Positions 9,697-23,344 of a DNA stretch of 28,323 bases are shown one piece after another. Within the stretch, counting starts at the first letter, position 1. Each line of letters starts with the position of its first letter. Where the stretch lies: contig CAXIUT010000117.1 in NCBI GenBank assembly GCA_964035545.1, positions 1 to 28,323 of the forward strand. The letters run 5' to 3'. A model generated the notes under the pieces. It was not told the origin of the DNA. It worked only from the letters and a program-made list of their open reading frames with translations, and did not search any database. Source of the DNA: Bugula neritina (taxonomy: Eukaryota > Animalia > Bryozoa). The position numbers and the translations under genes were made by a program.

Positions 9697-12600
9697 TCAC
9701 TTTATTTTTTTGAAAGATGGTAATTGTTTTTATTTTTTTTTAACTTTCAATGAAGAAAGAGTTCTCAAAAGTTAATTAAATATTGAAGAACAATCAGTTT
9801 TTATTTTATATTATTTATTCTACTAATTTTTACAAAGAGTTAATTGAATATTTTCTTTATCAATTTGCCACCGAATAAGTTGTTTCAACCCAATCTCTTC
9901 TATCTTTTGTTATTTATCTGAATCATTATACACTAATAAAATAGATTTCGTCTTGATATACATTTTATATTACTACTCAACTGGCAGTTGCACACTCATA
10001 GCCAAAGGACTCTCAGAACACATCTTAATATATCGATATTTCAACTATAAATCGCTTAAATTAGTCAACTAGATCTAAGATATAGCCAAATCCAATCTGA
10101 CCTTCATCTCCTCTTTCTTGTATTTCTTTGTAAAAGAACTTGGAAATAATCCAATCATCATCTCAGAAAGTGTCCGATGCTGGTATTTGATTTGGTATAT
10201 CAATGCAGCCAACACAAAATATGAAGTCTCATCAATTAGTATCCTTCCCATATAGTAATCAAAATACAATTGAGCAAAACATAGCTCAATCAACTACTCA
10301 TCTTCTTCAACCACCTGAACAGCAAATCTTATCTTCAACATCAAAAAGAAATTAGGAGGATTAATATTCACTTATAAATATTTTTGCTTAGTCAATTCCC
10401 AATAAGTAATCATATCCCATACAGTATTTGTCTATCTAATAGGAGACTACTATAAATCTTAATTATCAAAATTAACCACTTAGAAAAACCCAAATAAAGG
10501 TCTCAACCTCTCAGTAACTCCAAATTTAATCAAAGCACTCTATTTGATCTAAGAAAAAGAGTTAAAAGATTCTACATTAACCAACACTGAAGTTCCAGCT
10601 GTAAGATATATTGGAATAGAAATTTGTCTTTTACACATCAGACCCATGATCTGATAACTAATAGGAAGATACCCAACTATAGATCTCTTTTGAACTTTAC
10701 AAACTATAAAACTGAAAAGATAAGTCAAATAATCACATTATATTTGTCCAGTTTTTTTATCTTTTATTTTCCAATAGAAAAGGTTTAAAGTTGCTTTCAG
10801 AATCTATTGCTGAGGATTATAAACATGTAAAAATACAGTCATCAACTGATATATACGAATAGCTGATAGTTAATAACTTGTATTTGATTGCCTGATCATT
10901 TGCACCAAAATTTATCTTTTAAATTAAACTGAAGTATTCTGACATTATTCCAATAGTTTCTCTACTAGTTTAAGCACATCATTGATATCTTCAAGATCTC
11001 TAATTTTCAAAAGAATATTAAATATTTTTAACACCTTTTTCTCATCAAGTTAATTTCCTATCAATGTCATTGATTTGTTTAAAACACCTTTTTTATAAAC
11101 TAATATCTATTTATAGGTTTTATCAGAACCAAAAAAAGTTGTTCTTGGACGAAGTATTGTTTTAAAATATTTCTCTATTGGAAAATCCATTATCTATGTT
11201 AATAGTTGAGGAGGAAGATCTGTGAATTTAAAAATACAATGAGAACTTACAGGAGAAAAAAAATCTTATTAACTACCCTTTATTTCGATTTTGTATTTTT
11301 CAGAAAGAATATCTTTCAATTTTTGAAGATCTTCTTTATTTCTTTAATATTTTTATATTAAAAGATCTTCTTGAAAAACTATTCCTGAATCACTAAAAGA
11401 TGTCTCTGATTTGTCTTTCATAAAACTAAAAAAATCTTTGTTAAAAGTCTGATTTTTACCCATTAACTATGCACTAGGAGTCTCAGGTTTAATATACGGT
11501 ACTCTGGGATCTATCTGGTTTTAATTTGTAAATTCAGCCTCATTAAGCACTATATATTTTCTATATTACCTAAACCAGTTCCATTCGTCTGTTCCTTTTT
11601 CTATTTTTCTAGCTTGATGTTCTTCTGAAAATCCATAACAGGTTCTAAAAATAAAGATGATTGAATTTTCTCTGGAAAAGGAATCGAATTTTATTGATTA
11701 TTTTAAAGAATACTCATTTTTTTCATTTTTTCATTTCGAAACTGTTTTTATTATTCATGAATCTGTTTTGCCTGTCTTATTGCTGCTAATCTGGCTTGCT
11801 ATTGTTTTTATTTAATTCTCAATGAAAAAAAATGAATTTTTGTAAATTTCTATTTCTTGATTTTAAATTACATTTTTCCTGGCATTGCTTTCAAATTTTG
11901 TATTCTTTGATGTAATAATTTAAGTTTTTTAAATAATTTAATTCTTTATAGCCATTTTTTAGTTGCCTTTTGAATAATTTTTGCTTTTTGTTATCTTTTC
12001 TATATTTCCTAAATTAGCTTCTAATTTAGAAATTGCTATAACTATTGAACCATATAAACTCTCACATTTCCAAGCAAATAATCTTCTTTTTTAATTTTTA
12101 AACCTTTAAAAATCGACTGAACCACTTCTCTATTACTATTTTATTTATACAAATCTTTAAAAACAATACAATAACAATCTCTAAAATCCTGATATCTTTT
12201 TCTTTTGGGAAAAGTATTTTTTCTAATAAAAATGGTCTGCAGAACTCCTAAATATCTAATCTGAGTTAAAATATAATTTTAATCTGGAAAACCAGGTTTT
12301 TTAACTTAATTAGGTTTAATACAACGTATAAAATGTACCTGAGATGAAGAAAGTTACATCATCAAATCTTCTATCTATTTATTAAACTTATTAAGTATAG
12401 TCTTTCCTCCTTCTTCTTTAGTCTCACCCCAGATACCACCCAATAATTGTTGAATATCCTGATTCATTTTATCTTGATTTTTAGATTTGAAACCTTTAAT
12501 AGAATAACTAACTTGACAAGGCGAATGAGAAAGAGTAAATAAAGAAGGTTTGAGTTTATCGAAACTAATATTTTTTGATTCTAATTTTGTAAATCCATGC

Positions 12601-14159
12601 ATAATATCTTCGTCTCTGAATTGAGGTAAAGTCATATCGTTTATAATTGAACAAAGTGATAGTTTTCCACTTATTAAATGAATAAGATGCTCGTTAGATG
12701 GTGGAGTTATTCCAGCAATATGCTATTAGAGTCCATCTTCTCTCAGTAAATCCATTTAATTCGAAAAAACATAAGAATTATATAATCTTAGTAATCTTTA
12801 GTTAGCAAAATTGATACAAAATTGTTCAAAACTATTTTGATCAAAATTTTAAAAACCAAATATATCGAGAATACTAATTTGTTTGTCAGTGATAACCTCT
12901 TTCTAAGGATTTATACCTGATTGAACTCCTTTTAAAATAAAATCAAAAAGAGAACTATATAAAGATTTGCAAAGAACATCTTTGTTAGCTCTACAACCTG
13001 CTTTTCCATAAGATATAAGAGAATACTACTTGAGAAAACGTCGCTTTTAAAACAAAAATATTTTTTAGAGTTTAGAAGGCTATATTAATAGTATTTAAGC
13101 AATTTTAGACAATTATTTTGTATTTATTAAAACACAAGGTTTACTTTCATCAATTAGATGACTTTTTTAATCAAAATCAATATTACTAAGTTCCAATATA
13201 GCACTCATTAACTTCCAAATTTTATCTATATTCTTTTCAGAAAAACCTATTTCTTGAAAAGCTTTATTAATCAATTTAAAGTACTACTTATCATCAACAT
13301 GATTTGAACTATAACAGTTGCTCTGTCTCAATAATTAATATTGATTAGCATCTTTGATATTAAATTTTCCAGAAGCTGTCAAAGCGTAAAATGCATGAAA
13401 ACTACGCTAGTTAAGAGACAAATTAACGACTCTTGATTTTTCAAGAAGATAACTATGTATTTTTGAACCTATTATATGCCCATCTTATGAAAAAAATATA
13501 TTCATATATTTGCCAAAACGACTTGAATTTTAATTACGTACTGTTTTACTATTACCAAAAGCCTAAAGAACAGGATTTGCTGCAAGTATCTTTTGTTCTA
13601 TAGAATGCTCTGTCTTTGGTCCTAAAGCTGTCAGCAATTGCATACAGTATTTGGTAGATTATGTCTTCCCAGCTCCACTTTATCCAGAAATAACAATAGA
13701 TTGTCTACCACTACCCGCCTTGATCGATTAAAAGGCCTTTCCTGCAAGTTTATAAACATGAGGAGGGCTTAAAGAATTTTTACCTTCTAGTGTAATTTTT
13801 TTAGCTTTTTATAGTACTTGTTGACCAAATAAAAGATCAATATGATGATAAGGGTTAAGAGCAATAAGAGTTTAGCCAATACTAGTGAAGATTTAATCTT
13901 TTTAATATCTTCTAATGAGATTAGTTAGTACTTAAGGTTAGTTGAGTGTATCCATTTAACACATATCCTCATAGTTTTTAGAGTTAGCTACATCAAAAGA
14001 ATTTTAGACAGGAAGAGCCATCTTTACAGGCCCTCTTTCTGTATTTATCTCAAATTAAAGAGAAGTGTTAGATATAGAACGTAAAAGTCGAGCTTTCAAA
14101 AAAGGAGATTTATTATTGATATTTTTAGGAGTTTTTATCCATTGGAAAGGTTGGTTCAT
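9697..14159 (-). CDS. Unconventional myosin with IQ motif and MyTH4-FERM tail (1480 aa)
   Basis: P-loop [41 protein letters not shown], switch II ILDIFGFENF, NSFEQFCINFANERL, HFIRCIKPN. IQ-like IQKATKKWL. MyTH4-like REILVQMIRQ. FERM-like ELCFAQLYFDYYMGR. One 20-nt intron (11569-11550). The spliced length is a multiple of 3. Confidence 0.95.
11550..11569 (-). other. 20-nt spliceosomal intron (myosin)
   Basis: gtaatatagaaaatatatag. This is the only frame change in a 4.46-kb gene, and it links the neck to the MyTH4-FERM tail. Confidence 0.88.
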
Positions 14160-14264
14160 TATAACTAACTATAGTTATTATTATTAATTAGAAATTAGAT
14201 TTATGATCTTATTTTAATCAAAATTATATCATACATTTCAATTATATAATCAAATCTAATATCA

Positions 14265-14864
14265 TCAAGACTCACTTTGATAACTTTGACTTAAACTCAG
14301 TGCCTGCATTAACTCTTCTTTATCTTGTTGACTGAATTCTATATTACCAATAGCTTTCTACTCTAAAGTAACTAATCGAGTCATGATTATCTATTTTAGA
14401 TCATCAGCTCTTTTCTTTTGAGCTTAACATTCTTCTTTTAAAGCTTATATTTATATTTTTTGCCCAAGACAGGTATCTTTATATCTTCTGTTGGTTGTTT
14501 TCAGCCTTTGAATTTAATGTAGTAAAAGATCATTTTGCTTTTTGAGATTATCGTTTTCATTTTTAAGAATACGTTCGATTGCATCATAGTTACTTCTCGC
14601 AGTTTAACTGATATTAGAGAGTTAGTGATCGTTGTTGTATATTTCTTGTGCTGTTTTTTGAGAGATTCTTGAAGGTTGTGATTTTTTATGAGTACTAATA
14701 GATCGAACACTAAAATCTTTATCAAATTTATGAGGTTTATGACTAGGAGAAACAACTCGAAGATAATTAGAATGATTCTAGGTAATGAATTGATTTTAGT
14801 TTTCAAAAGAAAGAGGTTTTGATATGTTTAACGCTGATTGATTGAGTTGATATTAATTGTTCAT
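14265..14864 (-). CDS. Hypothetical coiled-coil protein (199 aa)
   Basis: Intact ATG-to-TGA frame in the UAR=Glu code, with a heptad-like C-terminal half (LKNENDNLKKQNDLLLHEIQRLK...IEALKEECEAQKKRADDLKE). Confidence 0.75.
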
Positions 14865-15135
14865 TGTAATAATTATAAAACTAGTAGAACAATATCAGTT
14901 ATGAGTAAAAAAAATGGATTGATTATTATTCTATTGCTAAAAGAAAAGAAATTTTACTTTTTATGTTTTTTACTCAATTTTAAGTGAAATATTTTACTAA
15001 AAAATATTAATTTTAATAATTTATCTTTTTGCTTTTAAAATTTTATAAAATTTATTTTAGATAATTTTATTTATGAAATCTAAATTATTTCATAAAAAAT
15101 CACTGTGTTTTTTATTGTTTTTGTAATTAATAATT

Positions 15136-16335
15136 ATGAGATTATTTATATCGACAAAATTGGGACTATATCTCTGTCTTATACTGATTACAATCATGGT
15201 AAAATAGTCATTATCGAAAGAAACTTTGAACAAAAGATGTAATTTACATTCTTCTTTTTTAAAACAAATTTAAAATGATCTTTATCCTTTCCGATAAGGA
15301 ATCACTCAATAGATGCTAAGTAAAGCATTAGCTAAGGATAATTGTCATGTAATAATAAAAGATCATAAAGTGAAATCACCAAATTGTGAAAATAATTTTG
15401 GTTTTAGAAGATCAAAATGTGCATTAAAACAAATAGCTTTATAACTTCCAAATTTATAATTTTCTTTAAATGTAAATGACTATCCTCATCTTTTAAAAGA
15501 AGATAGATGTAAGAAAGATAGTTGTAGTTTTAAAGATCATTTATTTTGTTAAAAAAATTATACTTTTCCAAGTCACACCTATTTCAAATCTAAATATCCA
15601 TATCAATCTTAAAATCAAAAATAATTAATTCCTATATTTTCACCAGCCAAAGTCAATTAATGTCATAATGATATTCTAGTACCATCGCAAAATCACTTCT
15701 ATAGCGGAAGAATTAAAATGAGAACATAGTTGATTCCTTGGCAACTTAAAAAATAAAAAGCTTTTTGGAGAGGAGCTTTAAATAGTTTTATAAGAGATGC
15801 CACCTTCGATGATATCATAAATACTTCTCATAGAATACAATTAATGAAATTTTGTAAAAATAGAAACGACTGTGATGCAATGATAACCTAATATATTGTA
15901 CATTCTCAATAAGTTAAAGAAAAGTTAAATAGATAGTTTCCTGTAGGAAAGACCAAACACATGAAATATCAAAATTAATATAAAATATTAATAGATATAG
16001 ATGGTACTTCTTATTCAGCTCGATTCCCTTACCTTTTTCAATTAGGAGCAGCTATATTCAAAGTGCATGCTTTCACAGATATTGGAACTGTAGCAGTCTA
16101 ACCTTGGAAGCATTATGTTCCAATCAAAATGGATTTGTCAGATTTAGATGAAAAACTTCGTTGGGCAAAGTAAAACGATGGCTAGTTATAAGCCATAGCT
16201 AAAAGAGGAAGAGAATGGTCATAAAAAGTTCACAGTTTTAATACTTATGTCTGTTATATGAAAACTCTTCTCTTGAAATACCACTAGCTTGTTGAAAAAG
16301 GTAAAATTGCATCAAATAATAACAGAAATACATGA
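15136..16335 (+). CDS. CAP10-domain / GT90 family glycosyltransferase (399 aa)
   Basis: N-terminal signal or anchor. Motifs LNVNDYP, PIFSPAK...DILVP, [59 protein letters not shown]. Confidence 0.92.
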
Positions 16336-16519
16336 TTGAATATTAATAAATATATTGTTTTTTATTCTATTTTATCAATTATTCTTTATAATTTAATTTA
16401 TTTATTGTTATTTTGTCATTTAACCCTTTAGAAGTTAAAAAATTATTATTTGATAAAAATGATTTACTTCAAAAAGAAATTTCATTATAAACTTATTGTT
16501 TTATTAATTTAAGATCATC

Positions 16520-17146
16520 ATGTACTCATTTGAAAAGAAACCTCGCACCCAATCCACAATATTGATAAAAACTCCTCTTCCTAAAATACAATCATCTCAC
16601 TTCAACAGTTCAAAAGTCAAACTAGTTCCTAACTCATCATCAATCATCTACAAAAACAATAGCAACAACAAAAAAAGAACAATAACCTAAATTAGTCGTA
16701 GTCCAATAAGTAGATTCAAGAAAAGTCAATTAATAACAACAAATAAAACAAATCATAAACTACAGACCTAAATAGCTGATGTTCTCGATATGTTTAAATA
16801 GATAAATAAACTAAGATAAAACAATGGAGTTATTTCACTTAGATAAGAAGGGTAAAATTAATCTTTCTACTTTTAAAATAAAGAATATGTCTATAATGCT
16901 GGACTATCAAGTATGAATTAACAAATTTGTGTTCTTAAAGTTAAAATTCAATAAAAAATAGACACCATCATGAAAATAGCCAAATACTATCCAGCAGTAA
17001 AAACAATCATCACACGTCTTCTGGAATAATAGTCAGTCTAAAATATCAATCAAAATGCTAAAAAAGGTAAAATATAAGCCATGAAAGCTCAAAGACGACT
17101 TATCTAATGCAATCAACGCCAATATTGGAAAATTGGTTCTTAGTGA
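16520..17146 (+). CDS. Hypothetical protein (208 aa)
   Basis: Intact ATG-to-TGA frame, Ser/Lys-rich N-terminus, helical C-terminus, no recognisable motif. Confidence 0.65.
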
Positions 17147-17230
17147 TTTCATTGAACTTTAAACTATAATCTATTTTATGTAAAAGTTTAGATATATCAT
17201 ATGTAAGAATTATATAATAAACACAGCAAA

Positions 17231-18970
17231 TCAGGATAGAGGAAGATTTCCTTCAAGGCAATCACTATATTCAGAAGACTCTTACTAACTTTGAGATATT
17301 TTTATTTACGTATTATGAACAGGTACTTTTCTTTCATGTTTGTAATTAAATTTCTTTAATTTATTAATCCTATTTTTTAATATATCAATCTTAACATTAT
17401 CCACAGACACATATTTTTGAATTGATTTCAAAGCTTTATCAAAATACTACCTGCTCTTATGATATTCTCCTAACTCCTGCTTGAGCAAACCCATCAATTC
17501 AAGAGCCTATGAATACTATCGCAGATCACATCGACTATTTTGCATTAAATTGAAAGCTTTTTCACAGTGCTGATGGGTCGAACTAAGTTATCCAAGTAAA
17601 AATGACAACTTTGCTCGTTTAACATTGTATTGAATAACTGCTATTTTATCACATTACATATTTTATTTGATAATTTAGTTGATTAGGACTAATAGTTACT
17701 CAGCCTGCACATAATTTTTAAGGTTGAGATTACAATCTAAAAGACAAAAAATAACTGTCAACAAATTAGACCTATTGTTTTTATCTCCTTAGTGCCTCTT
17801 AATTTAATATGCCATCAAAAAACACTTTTCAGCCTCAACAAAATAATGAATTTCAAGATAAAGTAGTCCAAGACTAACAATACAGTTAGCATACTAATTT
17901 ACTTTCTTATTTATTTTATAAAAATTCAAAGCTTATGTAAAAGCTGTAATACCCTTATTCCAAAGACGAGTTTCATAGTAACATTTGCCTAGTTTAAAAT
18001 AAATATCTCCCATCTAAATAGCCAACATCCTGGGGCAATTATTTAAACTGATAATAGCTTGTTGATAGTTGATAGATGCCCGCTAAAACTACCGTTTTTC
18101 TTACTTGCAATGTGCCATTAATAAATTCCACTTGGTTTGAGTGCGGAGGTTGATGAAGCTATATTTTTCTTTGTAGTTATAAAGAAAATTTTCCAATTAT
18201 GAGATTTTATTCTATTCTAACATAACCATAGCTTGATTAAGATATTTTTCAATAAGAAAGCCAGCATTACTATCTTTATCAGTGTGAGAAATATCAGATT
18301 TTGAAGTTAGTGAATCATTCATTTTATTTTTAATAGAAGGCAATTCCTCTTCAATATCACTATTAGATTAATCTATTCTTATTTCAGTTTAAATAACATC
18401 TCCTTCAGATAAAGGCTCTGTCTGTGCATAGTTATTAATAGTACGATGTTTGTATTTTTTTGATTTATTCTACTTTTATTCACGATTATTTCGTTTTATT
18501 TTAACGAAAGAACTATTACTTTTCTGGTGCTTACGACTATTTGGTGAAAGCAAAGTTTGTTCTGGAATATTTATATCACTTTGAAAAATATGTTCAGTAG
18601 TAATGTTATCAGATATGCTTAAAGATTCAGCATCAGAAGGATATACCACGAATGTATTTTAACTAAAATTAACATTAGGTTTTTATTTACTATTCCGATG
18701 GAAACTATCATCACATTTACTATTTCTTTGGAAATTATCTTATCTATAACTGTTTCTAAGGATACTGCCTTTCCTTTCAGATAATGAATTTTACAACTAA
18801 AAATGATTTACTTGTAATTGATTAGATTGAAACTATTGATCCTATTCTTTCTACTGCATTATCAAAGTCACATCACAGTTTTTAAACACCTTAAATTTAG
18901 ATAAAATGTTTGAAAATATCGATTGAATGTTAGTCTTCAGGCTGTTAAACTTTATAATCTCAGTCTACAT
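17231..18970 (-). CDS. TPR-repeat protein (about 579 aa)
   Basis: Intact frame with a disordered N-terminal half followed by TPRs: MGDIYFKLGKCYYETRLWNKGITAFTEAL, YANCIVSLGLLYLEIHYFVEAEKCFLMAYEI, YSEALELMGLLKQELGEYHKSREYFDKAL. Start placed at ATG 18970, the first in-frame ATG not overlapping GDPD. Confidence 0.85.
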
Positions 18971-19063
18971 TTCGAATAGAATTACTAATGTTATAATATC
19001 ATCAATGGTTCTTTATATCTCACTTAAATTTAAATTAATCAAACTTGTCCTCAAAACACTAAG

Positions 19064-20023
19064 ATGCAAGCTATATAAAGACCTAAAATCATCGCTCACA
19101 GAGGATACTCTAGCATCTTCCCATAAAATACACTTTAAAGTTTCGAGTACGGGCTCTACAAATGTAATCTCCTTTAATTTGATGTTCTACTATCGAAAGA
19201 TAATATACCAGTTATTTTTCATGATCGTTATCTTAGCAAAATAACCAATATATCATAGCTAGAATGCTTTTCTGATAGAAAAAGAACGACTACCTATGAT
19301 ACCTTTAACTATGAAACAAATACATAGATGCATGAAAGAAATGATTGGTGGGTATGTGATTTTACAGTTGAAGAACTTAAACAACTACAAGTTAAACAAA
19401 CTTTTAAATAAAGATCTCAATACTAAAATTTGACCTTCAGAATACCTACATTTGAATAAACTATACAGTATATTCTAAATATCAAAAAGAATAGATTAAA
19501 GTAAAATTGTTGTGGATTTCTAATCTAAATCAAAAGTTTATATGAAACTAAAGAAGATTAGATTGATACCTGTCTAATCAATAAACTGGCTGATATTCTT
19601 TAAAAATATAATCTTAACAATGAATAAAAATGCAAAGAACAAAACCTGCCTATTATCATTCAATCATTTCCCCATCATATCCTGAATATTTTCAGCAAGA
19701 CAGCCATTGATTTACCCATTATTCATCTTTTCGATAAAACATAAACAATAACTCAGTAATTTCTTGACAAAAAAAAGGTCAAAAACATGATAGGAATCGG
19801 CATAACTTAGCAACACGCTACATAGACCATCAAACAACTTTGTAATAAAAATAAATATCTAATGTTTTATTGGACTTTAAGAGACGATCAACCAAAAATC
19901 CCTTTAAAGGCCAAATCATATAGATAGGCATACCTTTATCTTTTAAAAGTAGGAATAAATGGATTTATCACTGAATTTCCTTAAAAATGTGAAGAATATA
20001 TCAATGAATTCTTCAGCAAATGA
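19064..20023 (+). CDS. Glycerophosphodiester phosphodiesterase (GDPD/GlpQ family, 319 aa)
   Basis: IIAHRGYSSIFPENTLESF, LEFDVLLSKDNIPVIFHD, DFTVEELKQL, RIPTFEE, GFLIEIK, IIQSF, YWTLRDD, GINGFITEFP. Confidence 0.95.
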
Positions 20024-20067
20024 TAAACTATTATTTATAAACTATCAAAATTTATATAAAAATAGAT

Positions 20068-22260
20068 ATGTAGGATTTAGATGACTTAGATGATGACCTA
20101 GTGTATCGTATCAGACACTTTTTAGCCAAAGATAATACATTTAGATAGCCCGAATTCGATCCAGCACCTTATTTGATTAAAGTCCTCAAATAAAAAGAAG
20201 CCAACCAAGAATTATTAGTGCAAAAACAAACTTAACTCATTGATTTATAAAACTAAGCTTAAGAATTGATATTGTAAGCAGCTTCAGACAACTCAGATTA
20301 GTTTTTTAAAATTCTTAACCTTCCCAAATAATTTGGTGTATAGTTATAAAAACTCAAACAAGGAACAGCCAAAGTCAAAAAGAAAGTTAAATAAACAAAA
20401 TCTCTACTAATAGCAACTCAAAAAGATATCTAACAAATCCATCTTAACTGTATGTTCAACAAACTCATCTATAAAAAATTAAAAGATATTTAAATAAAAC
20501 TCTAACAATATTAAACAGCATCACTAGCTTTAAAAAATCATCTCTATCTTGATTGTGCCATCAATCTTCCCATATTCAGCGGAACTAGTGTCCTATAAAA
20601 CGCATTAGTAGCTCGAACTTAAAACCTTAAATTAAGATTCTTAAGTCAAGCAATCTAGTAAGTTAGATTATTCCTCTACTTCACACCAAGACTGAGTATT
20701 CCAGTCCAACACAGTTTCATCGATATTGAAGGCAAATAATAGATCTTCAATGAATCTACACATTCAGCATTCAACAAAAGATATCTTTTGTTTAGAAAAG
20801 CTAAATGTGAAGAGTACTTATCATCAATTTGGGATTTAAAAGGTCTTGAATAGAAAGTAGGTAAAGTAGTAACAATTGATGGAATTATCAAAGGAATAAT
20901 GCGAATAGGAAAAGTTAACTAAATCACTGATTCTCTTTCCCTTGATTGTCCTAAATCAGTAGGAAACATCTACAATGTTTTGCTCTACTTCTTTGCCAAA
21001 GATATTCATAATAAAATAAAAAATACAGAAAATCCACCCTGGTTCACCTCGCCTCACATCAAAGAACATATAGTTTTCATAGAAACACTCTTCTGTATAA
21101 GCGCAGCACTTCTTCGTAAGAGTATAATTGTCAGGCATATCTGTTATGAATATCAACTAGAGTAAGTCTGCAATAGATTATCATGCTAGTCTTTTCTCTA
21201 GTTGATAAGAGATTAAATTCATAGTTTTATAGAAAAGGTTTATTTTCCTTAAGAAGGCAGTAGCAGTTAGAATAATGATGATCCTATAGTTAAACTTAGA
21301 AGTTATAGTAGTTTTGCACTATGGCCTTACTTCAAAGTTAGAGTATAAAAATGCTTTAAAATATTAGTAGAACAATTATCTAATATATAAAAAACATTCT
21401 TTGAAATATAATTACCTTCAGCTGATTCTTTCCTGAAACCTTTTAATAATTTTTACAAAAAATTCAATGAACTTTTTCACGATTCATTTTTAAAATAATT
21501 TTAATCTATATTTCCATAAGGAAGAGGATTAATTCCCTAAAATATTGATACTATTCTCTCTTCTAGACATCACCAACCAACATAAATTTAATTTTGTTTA
21601 AAATATCTCTCAGAAGATCGAAAAATCCTTCGTGAATTTGTCAATATAATATCTTTCCTCAATAGTATTAAAAATTACTTTTGCATCAACAACTACGATC
21701 CCTAGCGTCTAGAACTTTACACTACCTTTATGTTAACCTTTTTCTATTTAAAAATCAATTCTGCTGTCTTCAGAAGTTTAATTTCTCCTTCTGCTTATGA
21801 TAAAATATGTGACTCACGGATCAAAGTAGGAAAAATAAAAAATAGAGAAAAACATATTTAAGAACAATTCAATAACCTTGTGATAAATAAAGATAAAAAT
21901 AAAATATAAAAACGATTCAAAGTTATACAGGGAGATTCTATTCCTTTACGTAACGCATAACACCTAAAAATGGTTAAAAGTCAATTATAAATGTTTCTTT
22001 TCTTCCTTATCAACAACTTCCCTCCTTCAACTTCTTCTCTCACTGGCATTGAAACAACCAATCTCTAAAAAGAATTAGATAAGCATGAACCAAGTAACTA
22101 CGATGATAATCTATCTGTTAAGTTAATTAGGGTATGGTAGCAATTAATAAAACCAAATCAAATGAATAGGTAATATTTGTTGGCAGCCTGTTATAGAAGA
22201 ATGCTAGATCTTTATCTGACTTTGCAAACGAGTGTTTATCTGGAAACTGGATCTTTTTGA
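20068..22260 (+). CDS. Exocyst subunit Sec8/EXOC4-like helical tethering protein (730 aa to the first TGA)
   Basis: Intact 731-codon frame. The N-terminal EFDPAPYLIKVL plus long coiled coil ending ALKNHLYLDCAINL resembles the Sec8/CATCHR N-terminal region. Assigned from pattern recall, not from a search. Confidence 0.6.
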
Positions 22261-22546
22261 TTTGTAAAATAAATGAGTAATTTATCAAAAATATTTATTG
22301 ATAAAGACTATTTATAGATTAATGTTATTAATAGTTACTTCAAATCCAATTAGAATTAATATTTCCTCAAAATTTATCCCCTTTGATACCAAAAGTGTTA
22401 ATTTGAAATCAAAACTCATGAGAATGCATGTTTATGCTTATTGAAAATTTAGAAAAGATCACTAGTAAGGTGATAATGATCATAGTGAAAAAGAGGTAAA
22501 TAACTTATTATTCTAGGAATCTATATGATAAATGTGGATAAACATA

Positions 22547-23203
22547 TCAGGCAGCTTTCCATCCTGTGAAGAGACCTGCAATCATTCCTGGAAGTCCTAA
22601 TATTTTATATCCAAGAGCAGCAAAAAAACCTGAAATAGCCATTTTGAATTTAAGCCTCCTTGTCTTTATTTGAATCTATTTAGCCTCGTCCAATTCCTTA
22701 TTAGCATTGTCGACATTTTCATAAGTTTACTCCAGATATTCATTAACCTTGTCAAGATCATTTCCCTGCTATTTCACCATCTCTTCCATCTCCTTCATTA
22801 CCTCTAAGTTATTGCACATTCGTTTGTAAACATCATCATACTCTTCAGGTCGAATCTTCAACTCAGAAGAACGGATCTCTTGATAAAGTACTGAATGAAC
22901 AGCCATCTTTGCTACCTAGCTTTGATCACCTTTTATTTTTTGTCTTCCTCCCCACCCTCCCAAATCCTTACTCACTGACTTATCTATTTCTTACTATATC
23001 TAAGAACATTTTTTAAGAACATCCTCAATCTGTCTTCTTCTCTTACTATTAGAAGGATGCTAATTCTGTTGCATTAACTTAGTAATATCTGCTGCCATAC
23101 TTCGTAACTCTCCGATCGTCATTTTTTTAACTATTGGAATTTATGCGTTCTTAAGCTCTCGATATTTAACACTCATCGCCTCTATTTTTCCCTATAAATT
23201 CAT
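22547..23203 (-). CDS. Syntaxin (Qa-SNARE) with Gly-rich hairpin-like membrane anchor (218 aa)
   Basis: SNARE motif MKEMEEMVKEQGNDLDKVNEYLEETYENVDNANKELDEAKEIQ, followed by AISGFFAALGYKILGLPGMIAGLFTGWKAA. Confidence 0.85.
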
Positions 23204-23344
23204 GTTTTAGCAAGAAAAATAAATAATTATAAAAACAACTAAAATAGTTTAAACCCTTTTAATTCAAGGAAAAACTATCGAAATATCTAAGTCATAAAAT
23301 ATAATTATTTTTACCAGTAAATATGTATTTAATCATGACATTTT

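Noticed and set aside
9697-14159. Standard ciliate code (UAR=Gln) or a split code with different amino acids for UAA and UAG
   Set aside because: Both codons fall on invariant Glu positions, and conserved Gln positions (EQFCIN, EQG, WLPQ, GDQ) use CAA/CAG.
18971-19222. Antisense overlap of the TPR frame (open up to ATG 19222) with the GDPD gene
   Set aside because: The plus strand carries the conserved GDPD catalytic motifs, and an in-frame ATG at 18970 avoids the overlap. Open antisense frames are common in this code.
16419-23260. AACCCT words in spacers (about 16422 and 23252) as telobox or chromosome-breakage signals
   Set aside because: They are too short, occur only twice, and do not match the Tetrahymena Cbs consensus.
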